A DNA stretch of 64,000 bases, taken from Octopus bimaculoides (taxonomy: Eukaryota). Every line of letters begins with the position of its first letter. The stretch's first letter is position 1. Below the pieces are notes generated by a model, which worked only from the letters and a program-made list of their open reading frames with translations, did no database searches and was not told the origin of the DNA. Below are positions 24,326-39,091 of this stretch, piece after piece. The translations under genes were made by a program, and so were the position numbers. The stretch covers positions 55,299,632 to 55,363,631 of the forward strand of contig NC_068981.1 of the NCBI RefSeq assembly GCF_001194135.2, read 5' to 3'.

Positions 24326-25659
24326 CGTGCATGCGTCTGACATACATCAGCATGTGTGTGACGAAGCAGTGTGACTGTCTGCCCACCTGCATCTGTGTTT
24401 TTGTTTATGTGTATGCCTACAGTTTGAAATGGGCTGATAACCAAGTTATAGAGACAGAAGTATTGCTGATTATGACATGACTTAACAGTTACTTGCAACC
24501 GAGGTAGCAAAGGGCATCAAACATTAAACAGTTGGTCACTAATGATCAGTTTAGTAAACAAGTGATTCAGAATGATGTTAGTAAATCTCTCCACAAGACA
24601 TGTAAATTTAATTTTAAAAAACCTGAAAAAACAAGAATTAGATATATTTCACAACATTACTTGCAAGAATTTAGATAAAAAATAAAGTTTATTTTTGTAC
24701 AGCTAAAGAGGGCACACAGATAATAAAAAAAAAAATAAAAGAAACTTAAATTTAGTTTAAGGAGATAAGGCATAAAACTAAGATTTTAGCTATTTTGGCT
24801 CCCTATTTATTTACATAGACCTCCATCAAATATAGAGTAATTATAGAAAATTGCCTTTATTTTTTATCAGATTGTGTATTTTAAAAAACATCATTAATAA
24901 TAATGGCTGAGGGTAATTTCTTAAATAAAATTGTACTTGTTAAAATAGTTAGAATATATGAAAATTAGGTTTCTATAATTTGAGTTCTGTTTTATTTCCA
25001 GTACCTTGCAATAACTTAGAAACCTACTAACAGTTAAAAAATTAATATCACTGATATTATCTTCCATATATAAGTTTTCAACCAATAAGTTATGTTAAGA
25101 AAAGACTTTTCATAGCATCAAGACTGGTGCCACTTGGCTGAGGATGAATTTAATTGATTAATGGCAATAAACCAAGATAATGAGTTGTATTTTATCAGAT
25201 TGATTAATGCTATTTTCAGTGACTGAAAGGGATTTATTGCAACACAGTAGAACTGATTTTCACAACCTTTCTAAAGTTCTCTTTACTTCACATTTTTCTA
25301 GAACTTTTAATGCCAAAACTATTTTCCATGAATACCAAACTATAATAACAAGATTTTAAAAGTTTTCTTAAATTAACAAAGCAAGTTTAGAAGGGTCTTT
25401 GACCAAAATAAAACTGTCTACAAATTATTAATTATACAAAGAAATATCTTGCAACTGGAATTGATCTGTACAAAGAATGAAACCCATATTAATAAAAATA
25501 ACATTTAGAAATGTTACAATACTCTAAAGATAGTAATTTCTATTACCATTACAGCTACATAAACTTTCTTTAACCTCTTCTCAGAACTTGTTTTTGTCAC
25601 ATAAATTATAGTTATTGCCAGAAATAGCTACCACTAAAAAGTTTTAACTTAATAAATAC

Positions 25660-27650
25660 ATCATCATCATCATCTAACATTCATTTTCCATGTGGATGGG
25701 TTGGATAGATGGCATTTGAGCTCCAAAGTCTGATTTAGCATGGTTTCCATGGCTGGATGACCTTCCTAATGCCAACCACTTTACGGAGTGTATTAGGTGC
25801 TTTCTTCATGACACTAGCACTAATGAGGTCACTAGTCAAAGAAAAGACCCTTGACTGAGTCTGGTTGTAGTGAAGAGGTACAGGTGACTTTATATCAAAT
25901 ATTGAGAAGTTAAAGTATGACAAGAGTAACAGGCAGAGATATCTTACTATAGAGGAGATACATGGCTTCCCCACCACATTATAGAAGAGCAGGAGTAGCT
26001 GGGATGGAAGTGATAAAGTGTCAAAACATGCTCTCAAGATACTAGAAGGGAAGTATTAAAGAGAATACAGAAAAAGAGTCTGGAAGGATTAGTAAGTTCA
26101 ATAAGAGTACGAGGAGAGATAAGTGGTTATAGATGAGGTCTAAGGTGAATGTAGTGGAGTAAGAGCAGCAGTGTGGTTGGAGGTAAATATCATACGGCGG
26201 AGGGGAGGGTAAATGAATAAGAGTGGTTCAGGCAGTGGAAGTGACAGTGGAAAAAGGGGGAGGAGACCAACAGAATATAATAAACCACTAGGTAGATTAG
26301 AAAATATGGGGATAGGTGAGTGGGTGGGCAAGAGAGAAATGTACAGTGAAGGAGAGGGATGTCAGATGTCACAGGGGTGGGGAGAAACAAGGGTGGGAGG
26401 AGGATGTCAATAGTAGATAAGAGAGGGTGTCAAAGATAAAGTAATGGCAGTCCTAAGAGGGAAGATTTTAAAACAAAGTAGTTCCAGGAAGAGGAGGGCA
26501 TAACTGACAACATAAAAGGAGAATGAAATATATGCATTTCTGCTCCCATATGATTATAGCAGCTGAATAATGCTGTAGCTATAACTGTGAAGGGATGGGT
26601 GCCAGGAAAATGAGCTGGGAAGGGGAGGGTGATAAGGACATACTGGGTGCAGGAGCAGGGCCCAGTGAGTAGATATAAACATAATGCTTTTAGGACCTCA
26701 CTTTTGTCAAGATGGATGGGTCTTTTCAAACAGTCATCTCAGTCTTTTGCATCTCCTCAGTGAGGTTCAACATCATGAGATCAGTTTTGACTACTATATC
26801 CCATTTCTTATGGGGTTTCCCTCTTCCACAAGCTCCACCCATATTTAGCAATCAGCACTTCTTTATACAGCTGTTCTTATCCTTACACATCACATGACCA
26901 AACCAATGCAGTTCACTCATGCATGCTACATTTGATTCCTCTTACACCCAATTTTTCTCTTAACACATTTTTGTTTTGTTGTGGATGCACATCGATGCTG
27001 TACATCCAGCAGAACATGCTGGTTTCATTCCTTTCAACTCTTTGTATGTCCTCTGTATTCAGAGACCACATCTCCCTACCATGTAGCACTGATATTCATA
27101 CACAAGTATCATACAGGCTGCTCTTCACTCTGTGAGAAAGACTATTTGTTACTAATGAAGTAATAACTCACTGAACTTTTTCAATCATGTTATTTTAATA
27201 ACTATGCATTCAGAACATCCTCCTCCACTGCTAATTAGGTCACTTAAATAACAGAAACAACCTACTACCTGTAGGGAGCCTCTTGGACATTTGAGAAAAT
27301 TTATTTCTCGTTCTTTGTGTTTATTGCACCTGTGCTTCTGCTGCATACAAAATCTACTTTCTCTGTTAACCAACCAGTGATTCCACTGCACTTCTTGTGT
27401 ATCTATAGCTGGCATTGAGTATACCCTATGGAATTTCTACCAACACTTTTCCTACATATTGAGCCATTTTCCTAATTTGCTCTTTATTAAGTTAACTTTA
27501 AGGCCTTTTGATTCCAGGCTTTCCTTTCATACCTAGAATTTATTTTCTAATTCTACTATAGTTTCAGCCTTAAGAACAAGGACATCAACATGTAGCTGTT
27601 CCCAAAGGAAACCAGTCTTAAATTCTAGTGTTATGGCCTGGAAGACTATG
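25660..27650 (-). mobile_element. RTE LINE remnant with 3' UTR
   Basis: Minus strand: ELENKF..WKESLESKGLKVNL, CPRGSLQVVGCFCYLSDLISSGGGCSE, GRGKP.KKWD; (CAT)n tail at ~25660. Confidence 0.75.
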
Positions 27651-28675
27651 ATAAAAACAAGAGGACTGAGAATCAAAACCTAGTGAGCTATACTTCTACA
27701 CTAAATTCGTTACTACATTGTTGCTAACTTGCACCTTACAGCTAGTACTCCTATATATTGCTTTTATGGCTTTTATGAGCTACTTGTTCATCTGTTCTTA
27801 GCTTCCTCAGGGACTACCAGATCACAAAGCAAGGGACCCTATCAAAGGATTTTCAAGGCTGACAAATGCAAAATACGATTTACATTTAGAAAAATGTTCC
27901 TGAAGCCGTCTTACAAGACAGCATCAGTAGTACTTCTCTATGGAACAAAACCAAACTTTTACAAAGAATTTAATACAGTAATTATAATAAACCTGACCAA
28001 ATTCTTCTTTTCTAAAATTCTTTGCTTATAACTAGGGGTGCACATTATACACGTGTGCACATTATACAAACAAACATAGTAATTCATGGTAACTAACTGG
28101 AGACAACTAATAAGAGAAAATATAGGAATAAATTATTTCAAGAAATGACGAGTTTACTTCCCACACATTTCTTACGTAAGTACTTTAAGTTAATTAAAAG
28201 ATTTCACTCAGGAAGAGGAAAGAGGAAGTCAAGCCTTCAAGAGTATAGTTATTAGTACAAGATATATGATATCCAGAACAGTCAGATAATAAATGATATC
28301 AAGGAAATTTACCAATTCACATTTACATTTCAGTTAATTGCCAAAAGAAAACAAAATAGTTGGAACATTTGTAGAAAATAATGTTATAGTTAACTCAGAC
28401 TTTAAATTCCTATAACTTTAATTCACTAAAAAATTTAATTCTTCTTTTTTAATACATACATATAAGAAAAAAATTCAGATCTTAGGATATTTTGATATAG
28501 ATGGCAAATTGTGCAAGATATATTAAGAACACATCACATTAGTTCTTTGACAATGCTGGTGATAGAAATATCTAATACTGCTGATAAATCAATGAGGATT
28601 TTCATAAATGCCATTGGGGCAAAAATAGTAACATTGTTAATGAGCATGACAGGTGAAGTAGCCAGTCACAACTAA

Positions 28676-28706
<31 letters not shown>

Positions 28707-29214
28707 CTACACACACGCATGCACACACACACACAGTTATTAGGCTTTGAAGATCATAAGATATTCTATGGAAAGTAAAAATGCAAAATAAGTCTTAGCA
28801 CCTGAAGAGTTTATTAAACCATTACAAACTTAAATTTCAAAACAATGCACCTAAAATTCACAAAATATGATCTTTTTATATATATTCCCTTTTGAAACTT
28901 ACAACTAATAGCTTATAACCCAATATTAACATTATCATCATCATTGCTTTAACATCCACTTTACCATGCTTGCATGAATCAGAGTCCATTGAGGTAGGTT
29001 TTCTATAGCAAATGCCCATTGTCACATTTTTCTAAGCAAGATAGTATTTCCCCATGGCCAGATATATTTGCACAGAAGATTGGAAACAAATGACAATGTT
29101 TGTATGACACTAATTTTCAACTGTTTTTTTGGTGTCAAGACAAGGAGACAGAAACACACATGCCTGCGCATGCACACACCCATACACCCACACATACACG
29201 TGTGTGCACACACA

Positions 29215-29372
29215 CACACACACAATGGGCTTCTTTTAGTTTCCATCTACCAAATCCACTCATATGGCTTTCTCAGTCCAGCATTATAGCAGAAGACACT
29301 TGATCAAGGTGCCATTAAGTAGGACTGAACTCAAAACCATGTGGTTGAAAAGCAAACTACTCAACCACACAA
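29215..29372 (-). mobile_element. SINE family A, 5' half
   Basis: Degenerate match to the family A head and body. Confidence 0.7.
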
Positions 29373-32300
29373 AAAGAACTAGCCTGTTGGTGATGGGAAT
29401 GGTCTTTTCTGTATCAAATTGGTGTTTGTTAAAATTGAGAATCTTAGCAATTAATTCATAGTCTGCTTTTTTAGGGAAATGACAAAAATCTAAATACTAC
29501 CGGTATATTATACTGTTGAATGGATAGCAATGGAAATAATTGTTATTGTTGGAAAATCAATAAGTTTCATCAATGCCATTAAACTAAAGATAATCGAAAT
29601 AAATCATGAACAACCTGTGAGACATTCTGAATGGCCTAGCAAAAAATTGCCCTTAGTTTTTCTAGTAGCACAGCCTACTTGATGATGAACCATGTCAAAT
29701 GCAACCCACTTCACAAAAAACAAAAAGGTTGCCCACACCTGGTTGAAATCATATATCTAGCTCAGTAAACTAGTACATAGTTCAAAATGCTAATTTATGC
29801 AAAAATTTGTGAGAACACATTATATTGACAACAACTGAAGAGGAGGCTAATCTCAATCCTTACAAGTAATGAACTGACACTGAAGTAGCTCGTAAAAGCA
29901 AAGATGTCACAGATAAGTATATCAACATTTTATTTGGTCACAGAGACTTGAGCACTCTTTGAGCATTCAAGTGGAAATTACTTTATTTCTTTCTTAAACA
30001 CCTTGAGAAGCATTTGAGGAAGCTTCTGTATGGTTGCATGACCTGCTATAAATAACTTCTATATGTGCCTCATATCACACCTCACCTGTCTTTAAAAATA
30101 TATGGAATGGTCACAAATGAAGTGCCTTCAAGCAGTTTATAAAGGTAAGAGACTTTTGATTTTTTTTTTTTTAAGTGTAGTAGGCTTTTTTTTTTGGCCT
30201 GAACAGCTGCAATGCAGTTACAAGTGAACCACTGAGAGACTTAGAGCTCTATCTCACATTATTCTGTTTTAAATTTATCAATCTAAGTAATTTCAATACA
30301 CACAATTCTTGGCTCTTGCACTGACCTTATACTGATGCTACTTATGCAGAGCCTAAGTCTTTCACAAACTTTTGTACATTAAGTTTCATCCTCAGATACA
30401 TTCCTAACCAACATATACACATCCCAAACACTCTTGATCTCTTCCCTACATCCAAACCTAAATTCTTCCAAATCATCACCACCTCTGCACCTATTGGGTC
30501 AACCAACCATTGCCTTACGGCTACACATCATAAATCTACATACTATGCTATGACACCCCCATATTCCCTTGATATGCATTCACCCTTGACCCATGAGAAA
30601 CATCAGTATGCACATGCACACATGCATGCATGTGTGTGCATGCACATACTTGCATATATGTCTTTGTTCAAATTTACATTGTATTAAGCTCAATGATCCA
30701 AGAATTCTACAGTCTGTCTTCTGATGTAAAATTAGAAAAACAAAATGGAGAAAAAAAATCCATCCTAAATAGTTTATATGCCATATTGAAGGTAGAGAAG
30801 CAGAAAATTTATTAATGGCTCAATGAGACATTTTAAGTGCCTCTAAACAGAAGAAAGCTATGTAAGTAATACTTTAAGAAACCTAAATAAATAACAATAC
30901 ATTAAGTAGTAATTCTTTTTCCCAAACCCTACTGAATTAGAAACAATTTTCTTTCATTCTTTCCACCCTTCTCTATTTTTTTCTTTTTTTTTTATAGTAG
31001 ATGAGTTGACCTCAATACGAACAGAACAAGACAAATAAATAGACTTCTATATTAAAGTGTAACAAGACATTGAAAAAAAAGGGGGTTATTGGAATCAAGA
31101 GTAATGTGATACAAAGTTCTCTTTAGTTAAATTTGTTATTAAACATTCATTTTCATATCTTTTTTTTTGTATTTTGTACTATGAAATAAGCAATATTATC
31201 TCACTTGGACAGCTAAACAAGGGTGGCCAAAAGCAGATCTGCCAGCAGTATGTAGATTAAGTTCATGAACTATCACTTCCTCATGTCCCCAGATAAAATC
31301 AGACAAGCAGTGACAGAACAAGTCAGATGGAGAGGGAGAGAGTTGTAGTTGCCTGTCATTGCCACTCACCATGACTGAGCAAAGCAATTGACACTGATAA
31401 TAGTACTAAAACATCAGAAATCTTTTGACAGTCTGTTCTGTCTTGGTTTCTGACTGAATTTTGTATAGCAAAAGAATATATATTTTTAGTGACCTTGAAA
31501 AGACTTAATATCTATTTAGAGTTAAGTAATTGAAAAGAAATTTATATATCACCAGTGGTTATAATATAGTCCCAAGTCTATGATGTAGTCCTGATTGAGC
31601 GATGATCAAAGGCTTTCTAGCCATGACCATTCCATCTTTTTTTTCTAGACAGTGTATATAGTTCTATGTTATTTGATGTGCCTTTCTATTTCTATGATGG
31701 CTTAAGTGATCTGAATAAGATTTGGCTTCCATATATATAGCAACTCATTCAGGTAAGTCCTTGGTGTGGTTTGTGTGCTGTAATGACCCTGAGCACAAGC
31801 TCCTAATGGGGCCTCCCAAGCTCTGTCGAAGATAGAAACCAGACTAATATGGATCACTCCTTGCTAGAAGTACAAAAAAAAAACTGGGTCTGCACTGGGT
31901 CAGCAACCCTAACTAGAAAGAAAGAAAAGTTACAGAAGATTTGATGACAATTCAAAATCTACATGACCTGGGAGAGGAAAAGACAGCCCGAAGTTGAGAA
32001 CAGTGGAGAAAAGTTGTTGATGGTCTATGCTTTTTGGGGAGCAAAGGACTGAAATGTGTATTGGTTTACCAAGACTGAGTTCAGAGTATGATGTTTGCAT
32101 ATCTGTTATACATGAAACAAAAATAGACACTAGACTAGTGAAAGCAATTTCAATGATTATGCTCTCTTCCACTACAAATTTAATACAATTCATAGCAAAA
32201 ACTTCAGATGTCTTGAGTTGATCAATAACTGTTTAAAACATCCCCTAAGCTATAAAGTCAGTGAGTAGTGTGGTGGTTGAATACTGAATTGGAGAGAAAT

Positions 32301-33379
32301 ATGTGTAGGTTGCTAAAGTTTAGGTTAAGTTTTGTTCAAACTTTGAAGGGGTTCACAAGAAAATGATGGGTTTGTAATGCTGCTTCAGTTAGGTTTTAAA
32401 ATTGTGATTTTATTCCCCAATTACTCCAACACTGATGTCTTTCCTTTGCGAGCTTTACTAACCAACAGGTATGTGCTACAATTTCCTTTTCTATAGTTTA
32501 CTCCGAAGCATATGCCTACATAGAAGATACCATTCTTCACTCCTCCCTATCCTTATGCAAAAATACATCAATTATGCATAAACTCATACCAAACTTCCAT
32601 TACTGCTTTGAAGCTGGATATGCTAAATCAGAATCTGTTACCACCACAATCTCTATCTTTCATAGTAACATCTCCAAACTACTGACAAAACTGCTTTCCA
32701 AAAGTTTTACTTCGAAGTCAAGAACAATTTCAGCTCTGAATACTCGCTGACCCTCAACAATATACAAATGTGGTCCATATTAGAACACTTTAGACCCTAT
32801 CCAAAACCGGCCATCCAACTGATCAGCAAACTTTCATTGACCAACATGCTACAATCACTTGCCCATCTATACTCTATAGCCTTTCTTCTATTATTACTAC
32901 TACAGTTTGTATTCTTTTGTACTGTTAAGCTGTACCACACCATCCAAGCCTATTCCAATGTAGTGATAGCCTTCACTTATCACACCCTAAAAAGAAAACA
33001 AAGGACATATTAGGGAATGCAATCCTAGATACACTAAGCCTGAAGAAAGAATTATCATGGCTGGAACGCCTTTGATCATAAATCGTAGCAGGACTAAGCA
33101 ACATGTTTGCTTCTCATTACTGTTACAGTGTCTCACTTCCCAAATCCCAGATGAAACACTTCACTCAACCATTCCTCCCTAAGATTGCAACCCTCTGGAG
33201 CTAATTTCTTTGCAGATACATACATAGAAGTTTAAACTAAGTATGAACCACATTGATCTGACTTATCAGAGAAATCTTGCAATGTTTAAAATTACATCCC
33301 AAGATGTAATTTTTATTAATACTGCTGTCTTTTCCCAATGAAGAATGTAATACTTAACAAAGACTAGAGATTAATGATA

Positions 33380-35450
33380 TCTGAATAAGAGCTACAGGAA
33401 CCCAGACATGAGACAATCTGAAGAAAGGTGGCATGGAAACTGAAAGATGAGGGGTACAAGATAACATATTGCAAGAAGGAAGAGGATTTAGGAACCTACA
33501 ATACAGAAAACAACTGGAAGTATCTACAAAAGAACCTATTGCAAGCCACAGGTTAGATCTGTGTAAGGAACAAAATTACAGTCAGACAGAAGGTAACAAA
33601 GTATTGGAATGATACAATAGGCAGAAAAATAAAAACTTAGGCAAAGAATTAGAAAGAATAGAAAGGGAGAGTAAGGAATGATATCATATAACTAAAGCAG
33701 AATGATATCAGGTAACCAGATGTCAGACATAATTATGAGAGAAGGGAAAAGTCAGAGGTTTACAAATGTTCTATGATGTAAGAATCAAAAGTGTGAGCCA
33801 TTCTGAATTTCAAAGCAATCTGTCAGTATGAATCAGGATGTTGTAGGTGAAAAGCACGTGCATAATGAGTGGTACAATGGAATGTTACAAAGAAGGCACA
33901 GAAATGCTACTATGAGAGGTTGCAGAATGAGGATAGTTCATGGGAAAAACTGTCCCAATGACCTGGAGAAGGGCTTTGACAGAGTACTATGCTATTTTGC
34001 CAAGTAGTTACTAAAAGAGACAAAGTATAGATGACATAAAAGTAATGTACAGAGAGTTGACAGTAGGCTGGGAGTTATGCTCAAGTTCAGTGGGAAATTT
34101 AGTTTGCAGGTAGATGTCTGTTAAAACTCAGTTCTCAGCACTCTCCTGGTTTTATGGTTTTCCAGCCATGACAGAGGAATTTAAGACTAGCTGCCTCTAG
34201 AACATCTGTATGTTGATGACTTAGTTCTCAGGGCTGAATTTGTTGAAGAATTACAAAAGTAATTCCAAACATGAAAATAAAGCCAAAAATTGAAAGTTCT
34301 TAAAATAAACATGCAAAGACAAAAGTTAATTCATCAAGAAAGAAAACAGGGGTCTACTGCCAACTGGAATGCTCAATATGCAGGAAAAGAGTAGCTAGGA
34401 ATTCTATAGTGCACTGAATGTAAACTATGAATACACAAGAAGTGTAATGGAATTATAAAGAGGCTGACAGAAGACCTCAAATGTAGCAGATTGTTCAAGA
34501 GTCATCATCATCATCGTTTAACGTCTGCTTTCCATGCTAGCATGGGTTGGACAATTTGACTGAGGACTGGTGAACCAGATGGCTACACCAGGCTCCAATC
34601 TGATTTGGCAAAGTTTCTACAGCTGGATGCCCTTCCTAACGCCAACCACTCCGAGAGTGTAGTGGGTGCTTTTACGTGCCACCAGCACGAAGGCCAGTCA
34701 AGAGGTACTGGCAACGACCACGCTCAAAATGGTGTATTTTACATGCCACCTGCACAGGAGCTAGTCCAGCGGTACTGGCAATGAACTTGCTCGGATGTCT
34801 TTTCACGTGCCAAGAGGGCGATGTTGGTAACGATCACGCTCAAATGGGTGCTATTTACGTGCCCCCAGCATAGAAGCCAGACAGCTGGTGCTCTGGCAAC
34901 GATCATGCTCCGACAGTGCTCTTAATGATCTACTGGTACAGGTGCCAACATGATTTCACTTTCGCTTGCCCCAACAGGTCTTCGCAAGCCGAGTCGATAA
35001 TAGTAAAACAGTAAGAAAACATGAAATAGTTGCAAATGCTCAGAGGGCTACCAAAAACAAGTTGATAGCTTCTGTTAAACAGGGGACCTTACTAACAATA
35101 GAGAAGAATGTTCCAAAATAAAAATGGTGAGGAAAGTCTTGCTAGCAAAAAAGGGAATTCTTCCTCCAAATGTAAGGCAGATTGTATGATTGTAAGAAAT
35201 GTGATACTGCATGACTGTGAAGTGAGGACAATGAATGTGGAGGATGGATGAAAGCTGGAAAGAAATGAGGCAAGCATGCTCCAATGCTTTAATGTTACTA
35301 TGCTTGAAAGACAGAGCACAAATAAGCTGAGAGGAAAACTCAGTATGACCATGTGATGGGTATGAAGGATGTTGGATAAAAGATTTGTTAAGTAATTCAA
35401 CTAGATGGAACCTGCAGAAGAGGTTCCTTCTATTTGAAATGCTATGTAAA
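33380..35450 (+). mobile_element. Old RTE LINE (linker, RT, C-terminus) interrupted by a young RTE 3' end
   Basis: DLEKGFDRV (~33960), EEFKTSC..LYVDDLVL (~34180-34230), KLERNEASML (~35250). Confidence 0.7.
34501..34990 (-). mobile_element. Young RTE 3' UTR-only insertion with tandem subrepeats
   Basis: Begins (CAT)n CGTTTAACGTC; CpG-rich; contains several ~50-60 bp TTTTACGTGCCACC..GCACAGGAGCCAGTC-like units. Confidence 0.85.
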
Positions 35451-38234
35451 ATATGACAAGTGATAAATATTGATTAAAAGATTAGAAAAAAAACATACAA
35501 TTTCCATTCTTAAAATTAACAAATGTAAATAAAATCCTTCAGAACTTTACTCTTTATAACATAAAACCATGTTCCTTTTTAGTAAAGTTAATACATCCTT
35601 TTAGAAGTTTAAACTAGTTTTATACTAGTAAAATCAATTTTCAAAATTAGCTTGCATTTAAAATAATCATTTCTTTTAATAAAACCGTATCTCATTTCTA
35701 TTCATCGATTCATCCAAATATACTATCTGATATTTTGTACCTCAATACAAAACAATATAAAAATAATACTGTTTCATGTATGGCACCATTGTTAAAAAAA
35801 GACAAACAGCTTCAAAAAGAACTTAAATGGAGTAACATAGAAATGGAAGATGAAGCAGAGAGAAAAAAAAGTTTCACAATGAAACTGATGGAGTGCTGAT
35901 TCTGGTTATTCATGAATATAATTTTTTTTCTTGGCTACAATCTCATGTTTGATGACAGAAGTAGTTAAACCATCACAAATAAAATACAGATGCAATATAT
36001 GAGATGAATCGGTATTTAGAAACTGGAAGGTAACTATTAGATGGAACACTTTGATGACAAGAGTATGCAGACTTCTAGATGATAATTTTTGTGCAATTTA
36101 TATATTTGGATTTCCTTGGAACATGCCAAAGAATACAACTCCATTAATTAGAAGGAAACTTTTGTCAAAAGAATAAAATAACAACTCCACTAGTGTATTG
36201 AGTCACATCACGTGGCACTGCACCACAGTAGTACAGGATTACATTGTACAGATTCAGTAAGATATATAAATATATATATACACACACACTTATTTGCCAG
36301 GTAACAAAGCAACCAATGGTTTCGTGTGAAGAGGTCTTCCCAATTGTGCAAACACGCCACATGGAAGTGTTGGCACGCGTCTCCATTTTGTATGTATGTG
36401 TGTATGTATCATCATCATTTGATGTCTGCCTTCTATGCTGGCATGGGTTGGACAGTTTGACAAGAGATGGCTAAGCAGAAGACTGCACCAGGCTTCAGTA
36501 TCTGTTGTGGCATGGTTTTTATGGCTGGACACCCTTCCTAACATCAACTACCCCACAGGGTGAACTGAGTACTTTTTACATGGCACCAGCACATATATAT
36601 ATATATATATATTTTACATATACACACACACACAAATCACTCCCTTAACTACCTTCTTCCTATCAAGCGGGCTTCAACAATGCTCATACAATCCTTTAGC
36701 CAATATAATATGTATAATTTACAATTAACAAAAGCATTATTTGAACTTAGGTTAGAGTGGAACTAAATAACACTGATGATGTGATCATTATAGCTGCAAA
36801 CCTTGAAAAATTATTACAATCGTTAGACAATATTGCAAATCAATGAAAGGATCTGGATTTGTATCTTTGAGCAGAAAGGTACAATTTACATTATGCAAAA
36901 CCAAATACATAGACGAAAGAACTAACAAGCACAGATGAGTCTCAAATATTGATACATTTTAACAAATACACATATAAATATCACATTAAGAAAACTTTGA
37001 GGAATTGTAGGACACTCCAGCATTTTTGCAAGTTATGCACAAATGTTTTCAAAGTCAATATAATAACTAATTAACAAAAGATATCAAATGGAACTGGTTA
37101 ATTAAATGTTTAGAAAATACTGTTTAACAAATCAAATAATTGGTATCTGATGTGTTGCTCAATCACAATAATTTCCCACCATGGAATCATTGTTACTACA
37201 AATATTCCAAATTACAGCATTGGTACTATTGTGACATACCACTTCAAAATCAGAACCAATCCAGCCTAAACACACAATTCCATTGCGACAGCAGCACCAA
37301 AGGAATGCTGACTGCTTTGAAATATTCATATAATAAGGTTTGGATTTCAATGATAGATACCTTTAAACTCCACTTATTCTGGACTAAGTAGAAGAAAGAT
37401 ATTATAACAAAGTGTTATATACAATCTCTCCACACCAGAATTACCTAACTATAACCTGAACCAGCCATACAATAGTAATACCATACCAAAGTTGATGATC
37501 TGCATCCTACCAAGTAGACTATCATCAACAATCTACTAACACAACTATCAGGTGAACTGTTATATCTATAGATGCTATATTTCTACTTAGGACGAAGTAG
37601 AACATTCATTTTAGTTTTTAAGTAAACTAATTGAGGCTAAACTAAATCTTGCCTTTAAAGAGGATGACCAATTTTCTTCATGTAGTTTTAGCTAAGGTGT
37701 GACTGTAATGTTTCCAAACAAATTCATCTAGGAACTTTGTAAATGAACAACTTGTGAAGAAAGCATACTAGATTCAAACAGAGTGAGCAAAATCTCTGAA
37801 TTGTGGTATTTGGAGGCACAATCTGTTGGAATGTAGTTACACATGATTTTATATCTTACTTTTCTCAAATTTGTTTAGAATAAGTATAGTATCTAACACC
37901 TGGCTTAGACTATACAAGCACGGAGATAAAAAAGATGAAATTTCATATATTTGAGGCCCGGATATTAATAATATTGATTTCTTACATTCAAAAATTCCAG
38001 TTTATGAAATACAAGAAACAAGAATGTGTGAAGTTCATACTTTTTCTCAAAAGTGTCAGCAACAAAACTAAAACAAAATGGCTACTATCATGAATCAAAA
38101 CTGGGTTAGAATTAGTTTTCTTGGAATTTATCTGTAATCTACAGTACTTGCCAAAAACAAGCATCTGTAATCTACAGTGCTATCCCAGATGTTAATGATA
38201 TTGGAAATAATGCTGATAAGTAAAAGATACTTAC

Positions 38235-39091
38235 TTTTGTTGTGGAATGGTAGGTATGGACACTACAGGTAGAGCATTTCTTTTCTCAGCTAAAATCTTC
38301 CGAGCTTTTCTCATTTTAATACGCGATTTAGCTTTCGCATGCTTGGCAGTAGGTGATTTTTCATCGTTTTCATCACTTAACATAGGTGTACATTCCGAGT
38401 CGGCAGGTGTATGCACGTCACAATAAGATGTCTTGCGCACCCCAAGCGCAGCAGTGTTTACTACATCACGTACAGGTTCAATTTTCATATATAAGCCTGC
38501 TTGTTGGGCACAAGTCACATGGAAGGCAGTATAACAATTAGTTTTATGACACTGAATGCATGCCCCTGTTCCGCGCTGTCGGCAAATGTAACAAGTAAGT
38601 TTCCATCTGGCAGGTGGAATATGGTCTATACTATCTATAGGTTCTAAGAATACAGTATTAGCAAATCCAACTTCAGGTATCCAGAGAGCACATACAACAT
38701 GAGCCCACCTACCATCATCAGTTTGTTTGAAAGCACCACCCTTGTTTGGACAGAGACAGCAATCTACTGCTCTAGAAGGTGATTGAAGACAACGCCTGCA
38801 GAGCCACTGGCCCTCAGGAATATACGGTACACCATAACATTCCTGGTGAACAGCAAGGTTACACATATCACAAAACAAAATGTAATTACTGTTCTGGCAC
38901 TCCCCATCCATACAAATTGAACAGACAGCGTCTTCATCAATAGACGGATTGTTATCCTTCCCAGAACTCTGACTCTGAAAGAAAGCTTCTTTCTCAAATC
39001 GATCCATCAAAATTTCAAATACTTCTTGAGTAATTATCTGAAGACTATCATTCCGTCTTTTCTCATTAATAATTTCTAGCCAAGCATGATC
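38235..39091 (-). CDS. BRPF1: BRPF1 coding exon 2 (857 nt): PZP domain (PHD1, Zn knuckle, PHD2)
   Basis: Acceptor ttttag|GATCAT gives [13 protein letters not shown]...[50 protein letters not shown]...[19 protein letters not shown]. Phase-2 donor AA|GTAAGT at 38234. The exon starts 81 nt before the ORF-track start. Confidence 0.97.

Noticed and set aside
30380-32800. CR1/L2- and RTE-like remnants (e.g. PNTLDLF...APIGS near 30420-30500)
   Set aside because: Too degenerate to give supportable boundaries or family calls.
38233-38237. Junction codon AA|A (Lys, where human has Arg) as a restorative A-to-I recoding site
   Set aside because: Lys/Arg is a conservative change and nothing in the DNA indicates editing. 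It would need RNA data.
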